Below are positions 48,283 through 57,539 of a stretch of DNA of 63,821 nt, piece by piece (within the stretch, counting starts at the first letter, position 1; every line of letters begins with the position of its first letter). Source of the stretch: Myxococcales bacterium (GTDB lineage Bacteria; Myxococcota_A; Polyangia; Polyangiales; Polyangiaceae); NCBI GenBank assembly GCA_016704525.1, contig JADIZX010000009.1:170625-234445 (forward strand), read 5' to 3'. Position numbers and translations under genes: made by a program. The notes under the pieces were generated by a model. It saw nothing but the letters and a program-made list of their open reading frames with translations, had not been told where the DNA came from and did not search any database.

Positions 48283-49151
48283 GCGGCCTCGCCGCCACGC
48301 CGTCCCCCGGGGCGGACGCGCCTCCGCCTTCTCGCCGAGCCTCGATCGTCGCGCCGCCCGAGCCGCCGAAGCCCGATCGCAAGCTCGAGGCGCTTCAGTT
48401 CCTCGAGCACCTCGGCGAGGTCACCGTGCTCTCGGCGCGCACCTTCCGCATGCTCTGGAAGCGACCCTTCGAGACGCGCTCGACGCTCCACCAGATGGAA
48501 ATGCTCGGCGTGAAGTCGATGGGCATCGTCAGCGTGACGAGCATCTTCATCGGCATGGTCATGACGATCCAGTTCGCGTTCGGTCTGAAGCGCTTCGGTG
48601 GGCTCGAGTACATCCCGCGAGTCATCGTGCTCTCGTTCCTCCGCGAGCTCGCGCCCACCCTCACCGCCGTCATCGTGGGGGGGCGCATCGGCAGCGGCAT
48701 GACGGCCGAGGTCGGGGCGATGAACGTGACCGAGCAGGTGGACGCGATCCGCGCGCTCGGCGCCGATCCGGCGAAGAAGCTCGTGCTCCCGCGGGTCTTG
48801 GCGAGCGTCCTCATCATGCCGGTGCTCAGCGTGTACGCGCTGATCCTGGGCACCGTCGGCGCGATCGTGATTTGCGCCGCCCAGTTCGGGATCGCGCCCA
48901 AGAATTTCGTGCTCTCGGCGCTCGAGGTCATCAAGATGGGTGACTTCTTCAGCGGTCTCCTGAAGACGCCGGTGTTCGGGTTCATCATCGGCATCGTCGG
49001 GTGCCACTACGGCCTGCGCACCTCGGGCGGCACCGAGGGCGTGGGCCTCTCGACCACGCGCACCGTGGTGGCAGTGAGCATCTCCATCCTCATCGCGGAC
49101 TTCCTGCTGACCAAGCTCTTCATGCTCTTCATGCCGATGGCCGGTGGCTGA
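48279..49151 (+). CDS. mlaE: MlaE-family ABC transporter permease.
   Basis: ...MEMLGVKSMGIVSVTSIFIGMVMTIQ...LAPTLTAVIVGGRIGSGMTAEVGAMNVTEQVDA... is canonical MlaE/YrbE. Confidence 0.8.
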   Translation: MSGLAATPSPGADAPPPSRRASIVAPPEPPKPDRKLEALQFLEHLGEVTVLSARTFRMLWKRPFETRSTLHQMEMLGVKSMGIVSVTSIFIGMVMTIQFAFGLKRFGGLEYIPRVIVLSFLRELAPTLTAVIVGGRIGSGMTAEVGAMNVTEQVDAIRALGADPAKKLVLPRVLASVLIMPVLSVYALILGTVGAIVICAAQFGIAPKNFVLSALEVIKMGDFFSGLLKTPVFGFIIGIVGCHYGLRTSGGTEGVGLSTTRTVVAVSISILIADFLLTKLFMLFMPMAGG

Positions 49152-49156
49152 GGCCG

Positions 49157-49582
49157 ATGGCTGATCTGGCCAGCGCCGAGGCGGCCGAGGCGGGGGGTGC
49201 GGGCGACGCCACACACCGCGCGCGCGCGGGGTTCTCGACCGGCCGCGGCATCGTCGCCGCCGGGATGCTGGTCGCGCTGCCCCTCACCATCGCGGCGCTC
49301 GGGACGCACGCCTCGCTCGCGCGACGCGCCGAGGCCGCCCGCGCGCCCGCCAAGCGGCTCGTAGTGAGCCGCCTGCCGTCCGCCGATCTCGCCTTCGCTG
49401 GAGGCTCGCGCCACCTCCGCTTTCTCTCGCTCGAGGAGCCACAAGCCGCCTTCGCGGACGGCCCGGGTCTGCCCGATCCCGATCCGGCGGGCGGCCTCGT
49501 CGGGGTGCCACGCGAGACCTTCGCGGGCGCCTACACCCGCGAGGCGCCCGCGAAGACCAAAGGCCGCGAGGCGCGGCCATGA
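49157..49582 (+). CDS. Hypothetical small membrane-associated protein.
   Basis: High GC3. One TM helix (IVAAGMLVALPLTIAALG). Located between two permease genes. Confidence 0.4.
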   Translation: MADLASAEAAEAGGAGDATHRARAGFSTGRGIVAAGMLVALPLTIAALGTHASLARRAEAARAPAKRLVVSRLPSADLAFAGGSRHLRFLSLEEPQAAFADGPGLPDPDPAGGLVGVPRETFAGAYTREAPAKTKGREARP

Positions 49583-49657
49583 ACCCCCAAACGAGCCAGC
49601 GGCACGCGGCGTGTCTATGCCACCCGACCGAAGCGAGCGCGGCATGAACGAAGGTCG

Positions 49658-50860
49658 ATGGCGAGCCCGAGCCGAGGGCGAGGTGGCGCCGTGAACCTCG
49701 GCCTGCTCGCGTTCGCGCTCCGCGCCGTCGCGAGGCGCAGAGCTCGCGCCGTGGCCACCGGCGGTGGGCTCACGTTCGCCGTGGCCCTCGTGGCCGCCGT
49801 CCTCTTCCTCGCGGACGCGCTGCGCGCAGAGTCGACCGCGGCCCGCGACGCCCTGCCGGACGTGGTGGTCTCGCGCCTCGTAGGCGGCCGGCCGGCGGTC
49901 ATCTCCATGCAGTCTGCACACAAACTCGCGCGCATCGACTCCGTGCGGCGTGTGAGGCCACGGGTATGGGGCTACGTGTTCGTGCCCGCCCTCCAGTCGA
50001 ACGTGGTGGTCATGGGTGCGCCGCCGGACGCCCCCTCCCTCGAGGCGGTGGGGGGCGCGCTCGCCGCGGGGCGCGACCTGCGGCCCGGCGCCCACGAGAT
50101 GGTCGCGGGCGCGCGGATCGCCAAGTTCCTCGGGCTCGAGGTGGGCGACCAAATGGTCCTGCCGTCGCCCAACCCCCTCGCGCCCTCGCTCCAGCTCGTG
50201 GGCACGTTCGACTCGCGGATCGATCTGTTCACCACCGACGTCGTGATGATGTCGAACGACGACGCGCGCGCGGTGCTCGGCATGGCCGAGGACCAGGCCA
50301 CGGACCTCGCGCTCGACCTCGCGAACCCCGACGAGTCCCCCATCGTCGCGCGCACCGTGCTCGAGCGCATGCCGGACGCCCGGGTGATCGACAAGAAGCT
50401 CCTCGTGCGCGCGCACACGCTCGCCTTCGGACGTCGCTCCGGGATCGTCCTCGCCGCCTCCGCGCCCGTGCTGCTCGTGCTCCTCGTGCTCGCGTGGGAC
50501 CGCCTGAGCGGCTTCGGCGACGCCGAGCAGCGCGAGATCGCCGTGCTGAAGGCCGTGGGCTGGAGCACGAGCGAGGTGCTCTGGGCGAAGCTCTCCGAGT
50601 CGCTCCTCGTTGGCGCCTTCTCCACCGCTGCGGGCCTCGTGCTGGCGTACGTGTGGGTGTTCGTGGCGGGCGCGCCGCTCTTGCGTCCCGCCCTCGCGGG
50701 CTTCGGCGTGCTTTACCCGGAGGCGCCGCTCACCCCGCAGGTGGACGCGGCGCAGCTCTTGGCGGTCACGCTCGCCGTGCTCGGACCGTACGCCGCGCTC
50801 TCGATCGTTCCCGCGTGGCGCGCCGCCCAGATCGATCCGATGGACGCGATGCGAGGTTAG
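49658..50860 (+). CDS. FtsX-like (LolE/MacB-type) ABC transporter permease.
   Basis: GAAGG RBS. One N-terminal TM, a large periplasmic loop, and three C-terminal TMs (an FtsX domain ending ...AWRAAQIDPMDAMRG). Confidence 0.7.
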   Translation: MASPSRGRGGAVNLGLLAFALRAVARRRARAVATGGGLTFAVALVAAVLFLADALRAESTAARDALPDVVVSRLVGGRPAVISMQSAHKLARIDSVRRVRPRVWGYVFVPALQSNVVVMGAPPDAPSLEAVGGALAAGRDLRPGAHEMVAGARIAKFLGLEVGDQMVLPSPNPLAPSLQLVGTFDSRIDLFTTDVVMMSNDDARAVLGMAEDQATDLALDLANPDESPIVARTVLERMPDARVIDKKLLVRAHTLAFGRRSGIVLAASAPVLLVLLVLAWDRLSGFGDAEQREIAVLKAVGWSTSEVLWAKLSESLLVGAFSTAAGLVLAYVWVFVAGAPLLRPALAGFGVLYPEAPLTPQVDAAQLLAVTLAVLGPYAALSIVPAWRAAQIDPMDAMRG

Positions 50861-50922
50861 CGCGGACGTCGGGCGCGTCGGTCACCCTCGATGCTCACGT
50901 CGACTCATGCGAGCATGCCAGC

Positions 50923-51504
50923 ATGGAAGTCGACCGCGACGCCGCCGCGAGCCACATCGAAGGTTTCCTCCGCGCCATAGGCCGTGATCCCGACGCCGAT
51001 CCCGAGCTCGCCGAGACGGGCCGACGCGTGGCCGAGGCGTTCGTCGACGAACTGTGTGCAGGATACACTCTTTCGCCGCAGCTGCTCCTCCGCGAGAGCG
51101 CGATCGAGGGGACCGCGGAGCTCGTCGTCGTGCGCGACGTGCGGCTCGCCACCACCTGCCCCCACCACCTGATGCCCGCGATCGGCCACGCTACGGTGGC
51201 GTTCGCGCCGGCCGGCCTGCTCGTGGGCGTCGGGACGATCGTGACCGTGCTCGAGGCGTGCGCGCGGCGCCTCGTGCTGCAGGAGGCGCTCGGCGAGGAC
51301 GTGGTCGAGGCGCTCGACGCCGAGCTCCGGCCGCGCTGGGTAGGGTGCCGCCTGGTGCTGACCCACGGCTGCATGGTCGCCCGCGGCGAGCGCGCGCACG
51401 GCGCCGTCGTCGAGACCCTCGCCCTCCGTGGGTTCGCAGAGGGCGACGTGAGCGGGCGCCTCATGGCCCACCAAGTGCTCGGGCTCGGGCAGAGGGCCCT
51501 GTGA
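50923..51504 (+). CDS. folE: GTP cyclohydrolase I (FolE)-like T-fold protein with a non-canonical CPHH in place of CEHH.
   Basis: ...LVVVRDVRLATTCPHHLMPAIGHATVAFAP... aligns with the FolE active-site block. The canonical Glu is replaced by Pro, and QERLT is replaced by QEALG. Confidence 0.6.
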   Translation: MEVDRDAAASHIEGFLRAIGRDPDADPELAETGRRVAEAFVDELCAGYTLSPQLLLRESAIEGTAELVVVRDVRLATTCPHHLMPAIGHATVAFAPAGLLVGVGTIVTVLEACARRLVLQEALGEDVVEALDAELRPRWVGCRLVLTHGCMVARGERAHGAVVETLALRGFAEGDVSGRLMAHQVLGLGQRAL

Positions 51505-52199
51505 GCGCGCCGCGCGGCGTCGCGGTCGTGACAGGCGCGGGGAGCGGCATCGGCCGCGCGGTCGCGAAGGCCCTCTTCGCGCGAGGACTCGACCTGGCGC
51601 TGCTCGGGCGCACCAAGGCCACGCTGGAAGCGACGGCGCGGGAGGTGCTCGACGGGGCGACCGCAGGGCGAGCGCTCGCGCTGCGGTGCGACGTCTCCGA
51701 CCCGGCCGGGGTCGCCCACGCCTGCCGCAGGGCGGTCTCGGAGCTCGGCGTCCCGCGCGTGGTGGTGCACAGCGCAGGCGTCGTGGTGCGCGCACCGGTC
51801 GAGGCGACCACCGACGACGCGTGGCGCTCGGTGCTGGGCATCAACCTGGACGGGACGTTCCACGTCACGCGCGCGCTGCTGCCTGCGATGCGCGAGCGCG
51901 GCGAGGGGCGCTTCGTGGCCATCGCGAGCATCTCGTCGACGCTCGGCACCCCCAAGCTCTCCGCCTACTGCGCCGCGAAATGGGGCGTCGTTGGCTTCAT
52001 GAAGGCGCTCGCCGAGGAGCTCCGCGGCTCCGCGCTCGCCGCGATGTCGGTCCTGCCTGGCTCGGTCGACACGGCCATGCTCGACGGCAGCGGCTTCGCG
52101 CCAGCGATGCAGCCGGAAGACGTGGCCAACACGGTAGTGTACGCCGCGCTCGACGCGCCCCTCGCGATGAACGGGAGCGCGATCGAGATCTTCGGCTGA
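51501..52199 (+). CDS. SDR family oxidoreductase, translationally coupled to the folE-like gene. A pteridine/sepiapterin reductase role is possible.
   Basis: GTGA overlap with the folE stop. VAVVTGAGSGIGRAVA... and a YCAAK motif are present. Confidence 0.75.
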   Translation: MSAPRGVAVVTGAGSGIGRAVAKALFARGLDLALLGRTKATLEATAREVLDGATAGRALALRCDVSDPAGVAHACRRAVSELGVPRVVVHSAGVVVRAPVEATTDDAWRSVLGINLDGTFHVTRALLPAMRERGEGRFVAIASISSTLGTPKLSAYCAAKWGVVGFMKALAEELRGSALAAMSVLPGSVDTAMLDGSGFAPAMQPEDVANTVVYAALDAPLAMNGSAIEIFG

Positions 52200-52249
52200 G
52201 CTGCGCTTCACCATCGCGCGGCGTCCGAGAGGTCTTCGACGAGGGTGGG

Positions 52250-52570
52250 CGCTGGCTTGGACTAGTCCCCTGGAGTCGTGGCTCGTATCAGAAGTCCGGT
52301 CTTCGGTGTCATGCCGAGGAGCGAGGGGGTGCCCCGTTTTCGGCGGCGGCGGGCCCGTCCTCAACTCGGACGTCGTTCCGCGCGGTGGAGGCGGCGCTTT
52401 GCGCTCAGGGGACAGCGGTTTCGGGTGTGACCGCGCGAGAACGCCGACCCTCGAACATGAGTATCCTCCCACCGCCGCCGAAAACGGGACACCCCCTCGC
52501 TCCCTTGTGGCGAAAGGCCGAGCCGCGCGACTTCTGGAAGGGATCACGCTTCCAGGGGACTAGCTGGTTC
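52250..52570. repeat. MITE-like palindromic element, copy 2 (inverted relative to copy 1).
   Basis: The sequence is the reverse complement of 33961-34262, sharing the GACTAGTCCCCTGGA and GAGCGAGGGGGTGCCCCGTTTTCGGCGGCGG unit ends. It abuts the TAG stop of the phosphodiesterase gene. Confidence 0.75.
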
Positions 52571-53402
52571 TCACGAGCCGGCGCACCACGTCCGGGTGGT
52601 CGGTGGTGATGGCGTCGACCCCAGCCTCCAGCAGCCCGCGCACGATCGCCCGATCGGACGTGGTCCAGGGGGCGACCGCGAGCCCGGCGCCGTGCGCCGC
52701 TGCGACGCTCGCCTCGGTCACGAACGACCAGTGCGGGAGGAGCACGTCGGCCTTCGCGCGGCGCGCCATCTCCAGCTCGTCGACGGGACGGCACGCGTAG
52801 AGAATTCCCGTGAGAATACGCCTAGATAGGAGCTTAATTTGCCTCACCAGCGCGTGGTCGAAGCCGATCACCATCGCGCGGTCGAGCATGCCGAGGCTCG
52901 TGAGCAAGTCGACGACCGCGACGTCGATGCCCGGGGTGTCGACGGGGCAGTTCTTGAGCTCAATCTCGACCCCCACGCCCGCCCCGTCGGCCCACACGAG
53001 CGCCTGCTCGAGCGTGGGGACTCGCTCGCCGGCCCAGGCATCGCCGAACCAGCTCCCCGCGTCGAGCTGCGCGAGCTGCGCGCGCGTGCGCGACCGCACG
53101 GGCCCTCGACCCGACGTGGTGCGGGCGAGCGTGTCGTCGTGGATCACGACGGGCACTCCGTCGCGCGAGAGCTGCACGTCGAGCTCGATCCAGTCGGCCC
53201 CGAGCTTGGCGGCCCGGGCGAAGCTGCCGAGCGTGTTCTCGGGGCTCGTGCCCATCGCTCCCCGATGACCGACCACCGCGGGCCTGCCAGAGCGCCGCAC
53301 GCGGCCGACGGCGGTGTCGGGCTCAGCCTCGGCGTTCTCAGGGGCGCCTCTCGGCGCGCGCTTGGTCGACGAAGTCACTCCGCGTCCCGCTCGTGTTGCC
53401 AT
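52560..53402 (-). CDS. Glycerophosphodiester phosphodiesterase (GDPD) family protein.
   Basis: ...VVGHRGAMGTSPENTLGSFARAAKLGADWIELDVQLSRDGVPVVIHDDTL... The start ATG 53402 is uncertain. A 430-bp divergent intergenic region lies upstream. Confidence 0.75.
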   Translation of the reverse strand: MATRAGRGVTSSTKRAPRGAPENAEAEPDTAVGRVRRSGRPAVVGHRGAMGTSPENTLGSFARAAKLGADWIELDVQLSRDGVPVVIHDDTLARTTSGRGPVRSRTRAQLAQLDAGSWFGDAWAGERVPTLEQALVWADGAGVGVEIELKNCPVDTPGIDVAVVDLLTSLGMLDRAMVIGFDHALVRQIKLLSRRILTGILYACRPVDELEMARRAKADVLLPHWSFVTEASVAAAHGAGLAVAPWTTSDRAIVRGLLEAGVDAITTDHPDVVRRLVRTS

Positions 53403-53836
53403 GCGCGGAGTAGAGCACGACGAGGCGCCCGCGCGCGCGTGAGCGCGCCGAGAAGTTGCCCCGCGCGGGCCGCGGGTGATTGGGTGCCGGCATGCGACAC
53501 GCCGTCCACACCTCCTCGAGCGCGAGCGCCCACGCGACCGCTCCCGCGGCTCGGCCCCGCGAGCGCGGCCCCTCGCTCCGACACGCTCCCGTACGCCGCC
53601 ACGACCCCCGCGAGGAGCCGCTCCCGCAGCCACTTCCCTTGCTTCGCGACGCGCTCGACGAGCTGGGTGACGCCGGGCTCCAGCGGTCCGCGCGCGCCCT
53701 CCACGTGATCGAGATCTACGAGCCCTGGTCGCGTATGCGTGACCTTCGACGCGAGCGCTGAACCAGCGCTCACGCTCTTCGAGCCGGCGTAACGCCGAAC
53801 GCTCCAACGGCGCGCCGCGCCTGGTAGGCTCTCCCG

Positions 53837-54832
53837 ATGGGCACCTCGCGCGCGGCCACGGCCATGCTGACCGCCGGCCTCGTGGCGGCGCTGCTGGGCG
53901 TCTCGTGTGGCCGGTCGCTCCCGTCCTCACCGCACGCGCCGGGCGGCCCGCGGCCCGAGGCGGCGCACCTCGCGAACGAGGGCTGCACGACCTGCCACGA
54001 GGCCATCGGCCAGGAGTGGCGCGCGTCGAACCACGCCGAGGCGTTCCGACACGGCACCTTCCAGCTCGCCTACACCATCGAGCCGCTCGCTTTCTGCGCT
54101 CGGTGTCACGCGCCCGAGGCCGACGCGTCGCGACCGCTGCCGCCCGCGTCGGAGCTCGGCGTGGCGTGCGTCACCTGCCACCCGGGGGGACGACGCTGGC
54201 GGACCCCCACGCCCGCGGGGAGCACGCCGCTCGCTCGCGCCGACGCGGCCTGCGCTTCTTGCCACGAGTTCCCCTTCCCGAGCGACGGCGCGGGGACTCC
54301 ATCGCGCCTCATGCAGAAGACCATGAGCGAGCACGCGATCGCCTCGGCCAAGGGCACGCCGTGCGTCGGGTGCCACATGCCCTCGGTCGCAGAGCCTGGC
54401 GGCGGACGCCACGTGGATCACCGGTTTTTCGCCTCGCGCAGCGCCGAGCTCGTGCGGCGGGCCGCGCGGATCGAGGTGCGTCGTGAGGGCGCGGCGGCGG
54501 TCTTCACGTTCACCCGCGCGAGCGCCGGCCACGCGCTCCCGACCGGCGATATTTTCCGAAGACTGCGCCTCGTCGTGGAGTCGGACTCGGCGAAGCGGAC
54601 CACGTGGCTCGCGAGGAGGACCCGAGAGTCGGCCGCCGACGGGACGGAGCCCGACACGCGGCCTTTCGCCGATGGGCGCGACGTGTACGTGGCGGTCGTC
54701 CCGCTGCACGACCTACGCGGGGACCTCCGCTATCGGGTCGTCTACGAGCGCGTCGCGCACCCCAACGGCGAGGACGACGAGGGCGCGACGGTCGACGGGG
54801 CGATCGAGCTCACCCGCGGCGAGCTCCGCTAG
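53837..54832 (+). CDS. Multiheme c-type cytochrome lipoprotein with 5 CxxCH motifs.
   Basis: CTTCH, CARCH, CVTCH, CASCH, CVGCH. Lipobox ...LLGVSCG. Confidence 0.85.
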   Translation: MGTSRAATAMLTAGLVAALLGVSCGRSLPSSPHAPGGPRPEAAHLANEGCTTCHEAIGQEWRASNHAEAFRHGTFQLAYTIEPLAFCARCHAPEADASRPLPPASELGVACVTCHPGGRRWRTPTPAGSTPLARADAACASCHEFPFPSDGAGTPSRLMQKTMSEHAIASAKGTPCVGCHMPSVAEPGGGRHVDHRFFASRSAELVRRAARIEVRREGAAAVFTFTRASAGHALPTGDIFRRLRLVVESDSAKRTTWLARRTRESAADGTEPDTRPFADGRDVYVAVVPLHDLRGDLRYRVVYERVAHPNGEDDEGATVDGAIELTRGELR

Positions 54833-54910
54833 CCCGGACAATTCAGGAGGCTCGACGGCAGCTTGGTGGTCGCACCTTGCGCACCGACGGGGCGGGCGTA
54901 GCGTGGAGCC

Positions 54911-55585
54911 ATGCGCTCCCCGTCCGTGGTCGTCCGGATCTCCGTCACACGTTCGCGCGCGCGCTCGACCGCGCGAGCCTGCACGATCACCGCGCTCGGC
55001 GCGCTCGCCACAGCGCCGGCGATGGGCGCCTGCGCCCGGCCCGATCCCATCACCGTCGAGCTGCCGCGACCCTCGGCGAGCGGTCCGCGCCCCGACCTCT
55101 TCCCGACCGCGTCCGTCGCCACGCCGGCGCCCGCTCCCACCGCGACCGAGCCCGCGAAGCCGACGCCCTTCCCTCTCACCCAGCTCCAGACCAACGCCCC
55201 CTCGCTCGGCGGCCCATGCGGCGCGAGCACGCGCGCGTTCTGCGGGACCAGCGGCCGCGTGGCGGTGACCGCGCACCAGTTTCAGTTCCGCGGGCCGGAG
55301 CAGCCCGCGTGCCAGCCCGTCAGCCTGGGCCGCCCGGACGTCGCGGCCGCGCACGTGACCTCGGCCTGCGTCGAGGGCGACCACCTCTTCGTCACCACGA
55401 GCTGCATCATCTGTCGCTCGCCCTCGGGCACCTCCATCGAGGGGCTCGTCTCGGACATGACCCCAGGCCAGCTCGCCTTCGTCCAGAAGCAAGCCGGCCT
55501 CGACGGGCCGCCCCTGCTCAGCGCGCAGGAGTGGGACCTGGCGATTCGCTCGGCGCACTCCAACTCACTGAAAGAGAAGCACTAA
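54911..55585 (+). CDS. Cys-rich lipoprotein (hypothetical).
   Basis: Lipobox ...APAMGAC. Eight further Cys, including CIICRSPSG. Confidence 0.5.
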   Translation: MRSPSVVVRISVTRSRARSTARACTITALGALATAPAMGACARPDPITVELPRPSASGPRPDLFPTASVATPAPAPTATEPAKPTPFPLTQLQTNAPSLGGPCGASTRAFCGTSGRVAVTAHQFQFRGPEQPACQPVSLGRPDVAAAHVTSACVEGDHLFVTTSCIICRSPSGTSIEGLVSDMTPGQLAFVQKQAGLDGPPLLSAQEWDLAIRSAHSNSLKEKH

Positions 55586-55670
55586 CCGGCGCGCGGGCTC
55601 GACCTGGCCGACCGCCACGATGGCGCGACCGCTCGCGTCGTTCGTGGCGCAACGGTAAAGTCGAGATCCT

Positions 55671-56321
55671 TTGGACGCCCCGCCCGACCTCATCGCCGCG
55701 CTCCCCTGCCTGCCGCTCTTCCCTCTCCCCGAGGTCGTGTTGCTCCCGGGGGCGCGCCTGCCCCTGCACGTGTTCGAGCCGCGCTACCGCGTGATGCTCG
55801 AGCGGTGCATGGCCACCCACCGCGCGCTCGCCGTCGTGCAGCTGCTGCGCGGGACCGACGCGCAGGGCCTCCCGCGCCTCGCGAGACTCGCTGGCGGCGG
55901 CATCATCACCGAGCACCACGCGCTGGCGGACGGTCGGGCGAACATCCTCGTCGAGGGCTTGGCGCGCCTCGAGCTCGAGGAGCTCGCGTTCGAGCCACCC
56001 TACCGGCGCGCGCGCGCGACCGTGCTGCCCGACGCGCCGGGCCAGCTCGCGGAGCCCGACCGCAGGGCCCTCCTCAGCGCCGCGACCACCTTCGCGCGCC
56101 TCGTGCGCGGCCACGATCGATCGTTCTCGTTCCACGTCGACCCAGCCGAGCCGCGCCTCGTCGAGCTCTGCGCGTTTCAGCTCGTCGTCGACGCCGAGCT
56201 CCGCCAGTCCCTCCTGGAGGAGCCGAGCTTGGCTGTGCGCGCTCAGAAGGTCACGGAGGCGCTGATGGTTCAAGCGGCCACGCTCGGGCAGCAGAGCGGC
56301 GCGGGGCGCGATGTCAACTGA
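55671..56321 (+). CDS. Stand-alone LON substrate-binding (Lon N-terminal) domain protein.
   Basis: LPLFPLPEVVLLPGARLPLHVFEPRYRVM is the classic Lon N-domain start. A TTG start was inferred. Confidence 0.7.
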   Translation: MDAPPDLIAALPCLPLFPLPEVVLLPGARLPLHVFEPRYRVMLERCMATHRALAVVQLLRGTDAQGLPRLARLAGGGIITEHHALADGRANILVEGLARLELEELAFEPPYRRARATVLPDAPGQLAEPDRRALLSAATTFARLVRGHDRSFSFHVDPAEPRLVELCAFQLVVDAELRQSLLEEPSLAVRAQKVTEALMVQAATLGQQSGAGRDVN

Positions 56322-56679
56322 AGGCCGCGCGCCAAAGCTCGTCGGGACGCTCACGCTCGAAGCCCTCGAAGGCCAGGCGCACGTGCGAATGCCCTACCCG
56401 CCCTTCGACGTGCTCGTCGCGATGGTGGAGGGCGTGCCGCGCGCGATCGAAGACGCGTGCAACCACGCCGGCGCCAGCTTGAGCCCGGGCCCCCGCACGA
56501 AGGACGGGCGGTGTGTCGTGTGTCCGGTGCACGGGTACGTCTTCCAGCTCGTCGACGGGAAGCTGCGCAGCCCTCGTGGGCTGTGCGGCGACCAGCGCAC
56601 CTTCGAGGTGCGGAGAGAGCCCGACGGCACCCTCTCGGTCTGGGACACCTTCGACCTCACGGTGAGCGCCGCGCCTTGA
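56311..56679 (+). CDS. Rieske [2Fe-2S] domain protein.
   Basis: CNHAG...CPVHGYVF (CxH...CxxH). It overlaps the previous gene by 11 nt. Confidence 0.75.
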   Translation: MSTEGRAPKLVGTLTLEALEGQAHVRMPYPPFDVLVAMVEGVPRAIEDACNHAGASLSPGPRTKDGRCVVCPVHGYVFQLVDGKLRSPRGLCGDQRTFEVRREPDGTLSVWDTFDLTVSAAP

Positions 56680-56749
56680 CCGCGGACCGCCCGCGGAGGC
56701 GCGCCGCCGCCTGGCGCGCGAGGGCGCTGAGGCGCTAACCTTCGGCGCC

Positions 56750-57526
56750 ATGGCACCGTTCTTCATCTTCGGCGGCATCCTGCTCCTCGTGGGCGTGATC
56801 ATCACGGCCGCCAACCTCAAGAACTTCCGGCGCCGTCAGCGCATCCTGCAGACGCCGACCTCGCCGATCGCGCAGGCCCCGGGCGCCGGCCCCGTCGAGG
56901 TGAAGGGTCGCATCGTGCCGGGCGAGCAAGGCGTACTTCAGACGCCCTTCAGCGGTCGGCACGCGGTGTGGTGCCGCATCACCGTGCTCGAGCACCGCTC
57001 CTCGGGCCGCAACAGCTATTGGGCCACCATCATCAAGGAGACCGACCAGCGCGAGTTCTTCGTGGACGACGGCTCGGGTCAGATGGCGAAGATCGTGCCC
57101 CACGGGGCCGAGGTCATCCTCGACGCGCAGAACGTCGCGAGCTCCGGCACGTTCAACGACGCGTCGCCGCACCTTCAGGGCTTCCTCGCCTCGCGCGGCC
57201 ACTCCACCCAGACGTTCCTCGGCTTCAACAAGTCGATGCGCTACACGGAAGAGGTCCTCTCGCCGAACGAGCCTCTGTACGCGCTCGGACCTTCACGCCG
57301 CGAGGCCGGCCCGCCGGTGAACGACGGCTACCGCATGGCGCCCTCGAGCCAGCTCGTATTGGGCGCCGGTCACGGCGAGGCGCACGAGCTCATCCTCACC
57401 AACAAAACCGAGGAGCAGCTCGTGTCGCGGCTGCTCTGGGGGTTCGTGGGTGGCCTCATTTGCGTGGGCGTCTCGCTGGTGTGCGGCGCAATAGGTCTTA
57501 TCTTTGCGATCGCCGAAATGATCTAG
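56750..57526 (+). CDS. Hypothetical membrane protein with one N-terminal and one C-terminal TM helix.
   Basis: MAPFFIFGGILLLVGVIITAANL... and ...LWGFVGGLICVGVSLVCGAIGLIFAIAEMI. Confidence 0.6.
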   Translation: MAPFFIFGGILLLVGVIITAANLKNFRRRQRILQTPTSPIAQAPGAGPVEVKGRIVPGEQGVLQTPFSGRHAVWCRITVLEHRSSGRNSYWATIIKETDQREFFVDDGSGQMAKIVPHGAEVILDAQNVASSGTFNDASPHLQGFLASRGHSTQTFLGFNKSMRYTEEVLSPNEPLYALGPSRREAGPPVNDGYRMAPSSQLVLGAGHGEAHELILTNKTEEQLVSRLLWGFVGGLICVGVSLVCGAIGLIFAIAEMI

Positions 57527-57539
57527 CCGAGGGCGACCG

